Assembly (NCBI GenBank): GCA_035275345.1
Contig: DATEMY010000594.1
Coordinates: 7,084-71,083 of the forward strand
DNA length: 64,000 bases
Origin: Blastocatellia bacterium
Lineage (GTDB): Bacteria > Acidobacteriota > Blastocatellia > RBC074
Reading direction: 5' to 3'
Of this stretch, positions 62,975-64,000 are shown in pieces. The notes under the pieces are model-generated. The model was given only the letters and a program-made list of their open reading frames with translations. It was not told where the DNA came from and did not search any database. Both the position numbers and the translations under genes were made by a program. Numbering within the stretch: the first letter of the stretch is position 1; the number at the start of each line of letters is the position of its first letter.

Positions 62975-63417
62975 TCTTGCCCAGTCTCAAACTTGGCGTC
63001 ATTGGTCTCGTAAGAGAGCATTGCTCCGCCTGCGACGGCGAGCGCGATTCCGATCCACTGCCTGAAGGTCAGCGTCTCCGCCAGGAAGATTCGCGCCAAC
63101 ACGATCGTGACGAGCGGGTATAGCGCCGTCAGCGGCACAGCAACAGAGGCCTTGGCGCCTCGCTCCAGCGCCTCGAAAAGCGCCCACGAGCCCAGCCCGT
63201 TGGTGACGCCTCCGAGCAGACCGATCGACGCCACTCGCCAACTCAGTTCCGTGAGGGCCCCCTCACGCCAGAGTAACGGAAGCAGCGCCGCGAATCCCAC
63301 GATCAGCCAGACCAGCAGCGATCGTGACGAGATGCGGTTGGTCCCCAATTTTTGAAGAAGCCCGACGACGCCCCAACAGACCGTGGCGACGCAGGCGTAG
63401 AAAAACCAAGCGTCCAT
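62971..63417 (-). CDS. Half-size EamA-like (DMT superfamily) membrane protein
   Basis: The 148-aa ORF has 4-5 TM helices and EamA-like segments (CWGVVGLLQKLG, ALERGAKASVAVPLTALYPLVTIVLARIFLAE). It overlaps the downstream gene by 4 nt. Confidence 0.7.
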   Translation of the reverse strand: MDAWFFYACVATVCWGVVGLLQKLGTNRISSRSLLVWLIVGFAALLPLLWREGALTELSWRVASIGLLGGVTNGLGSWALFEALERGAKASVAVPLTALYPLVTIVLARIFLAETLTFRQWIGIALAVAGGAMLSYETNDAKFETGQE

Positions 63418-63426
63418 TTCATCGCC

Positions 63427-63894
63427 TCAAAACGAGAGTATAACAATCGCGGCCGTCGCCAGAAGCATCCCCGCCGCCTGAATACGATTGATCCGTTCTC
63501 GCAGGAACGCGAACGCGAGCGCTACCGTCAGGAGCGGAAAGAGCGCCGTGAACGGACCGACGACAGACGCCTGTCCCCTGGCCAGCGCCGCGTAATACGC
63601 GAGCATTCCCAGCCCGCTGAAGACTCCGTTCAAGATTCCGTAGATCGCCCCGCGCCGATCGGTTTCAACTTTGAACCCGAGCTGCGCCCATGCCAGTATC
63701 GACGGCGGTATGATTCCGATGGTAAATAGAATCTGGAGTTGTTGCGGCGATATTTGATCCGATCCCAGCTTTGACAAAAATCCCCAGACTCCCCACCACA
63801 CGACACAGTGCAGGGCGTAGAGCAGCCACGATGAATGTCGCTTACCGAAGCTCCCAATACTCGAATATTTCATATGACATATTCCATATCTCAT
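63427..63894 (-). CDS. Half-size EamA-like (DMT superfamily) membrane protein (paired with 62971-63417)
   Basis: The ORF has 4-5 TM helices and EamA-like segments (WWGVWGFLSKLG, ALARGQASVVGPFTALFPLLTVALAFAFLRE). The first 7 codons fall in a low-complexity repeat, so the start may be MKYSSIG at 63873. Confidence 0.7.
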   Translation of the reverse strand: MRYGICHMKYSSIGSFGKRHSSWLLYALHCVVWWGVWGFLSKLGSDQISPQQLQILFTIGIIPPSILAWAQLGFKVETDRRGAIYGILNGVFSGLGMLAYYAALARGQASVVGPFTALFPLLTVALAFAFLRERINRIQAAGMLLATAAIVILSF

Positions 63895-63926
63895 CTGTCA
63901 TATTTCATATTGCATATGAGATATGA
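63871..63926. repeat. Degenerate 14-nt tandem repeat x4 (CATATNNCATNTNN)
   Basis: The units are CATATGACATATTC, CATATCTCATCTGT, CATATTTCATATTG and CATATGAGATATGA. Partial self-complementarity exists (ATATCTCAT with ATGAGATAT). The repeat spans the 5' end of the EamA-like gene. Confidence 0.6.
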
Positions 63927-64000
63927 TTCCGCCTTCATTCTCGACGATGTAAGGACAGAACCGTAATGAATCGCAATCCACGCCGCGTAATCGCGAAAGC

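Noticed and set aside
1-64000. tRNA, rRNA, tmRNA or RNase P genes, and mobile-element genes (transposase, integrase, phage).
   Set aside because: Intergenic regions were read for T-loop (GGTTCGAATCC-like) and other hallmark motifs and none was found. No ORF shows DDE, tyrosine-recombinase or serine-recombinase signatures. This was an eye scan only, so small RNAs could be missed.

Overview
This is a 64-kb bacterial chromosomal segment, mostly high-GC. All domain calls come from reading the supplied translations and recognising motifs from memory; no searches were run. By inference the gene content points to Acidobacteriota or a related soil phylum: an ADOP-type duplicated orphan MacB/FtsX permease, CarboxypepD_reg-type TonB-dependent receptors ending in Phe, and a PSCyt/DUF1549/DUF1553 plus DUF1501 pair. 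I recognised no rRNA, tRNA, CRISPR array, transposase or integrase.

Two separate Wzx/Wzy-type extracellular-polysaccharide (EPS) loci dominate the window.
- Locus 1 (minus strand, 1-11337, visibly more AT-rich) encodes a Wza-like exporter, a beta-helix protein, a Wzc-like PCP/BY-kinase and a membrane-anchored SDR epimerase. It also encodes a 981-aa Wzx flippase with an unusual ~480-aa soluble C-terminal module (kinase-like plus SAM methyltransferase), a Wzy/O-antigen-ligase-like protein and a truncated glycosyltransferase (GT).
- Locus 2 (plus strand, 21510-38819, ~14 tightly packed genes) starts with a split PCP: a chain-length determinant plus a separate P-loop protein whose Walker A Lys is Arg. 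It continues with a polyprenyl-phosphate sugar transferase, a Wza-like exporter, a flippase, a Wzy-like protein and three GTs. It ends with a beta-helix protein, an uncharacterised 414-aa protein, a Zn-ribbon methyltransferase and an AsnB-like protein.

Between and after the loci lie:
- an intact TonB-dependent receptor, methyltransferases, a PQQ-type beta-propeller and a formyltransferase-fold protein;
- the ADOP permease;
- a methyltransferase with an in-frame TAG;
- a VIT-vWA protein that continues in frame, across a single TGA, into a TonB-receptor plug and barrel;
- a 999-aa discoidin/Big_2/beta-helix secreted protein, an MFS transporter and a HugZ-like protein;
- the DUF1501/DUF1553 operon;
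- a BHMT-like, ROK, Gfo/Idh/MocA and paired half-size EamA cluster.

The most interesting observations are:
1. the flippase fused to a kinase-like and methyltransferase module;
2. the VIT-vWA-TonB-receptor chimera;
3. a set of unrelated long (33-43-nt arm) near-perfect intergenic palindromes built from degenerate short tandem repeats, with similar low-complexity repeats inserted in frame into conserved genes;
4. a shared ~20-nt motif upstream of two minus-strand operons.
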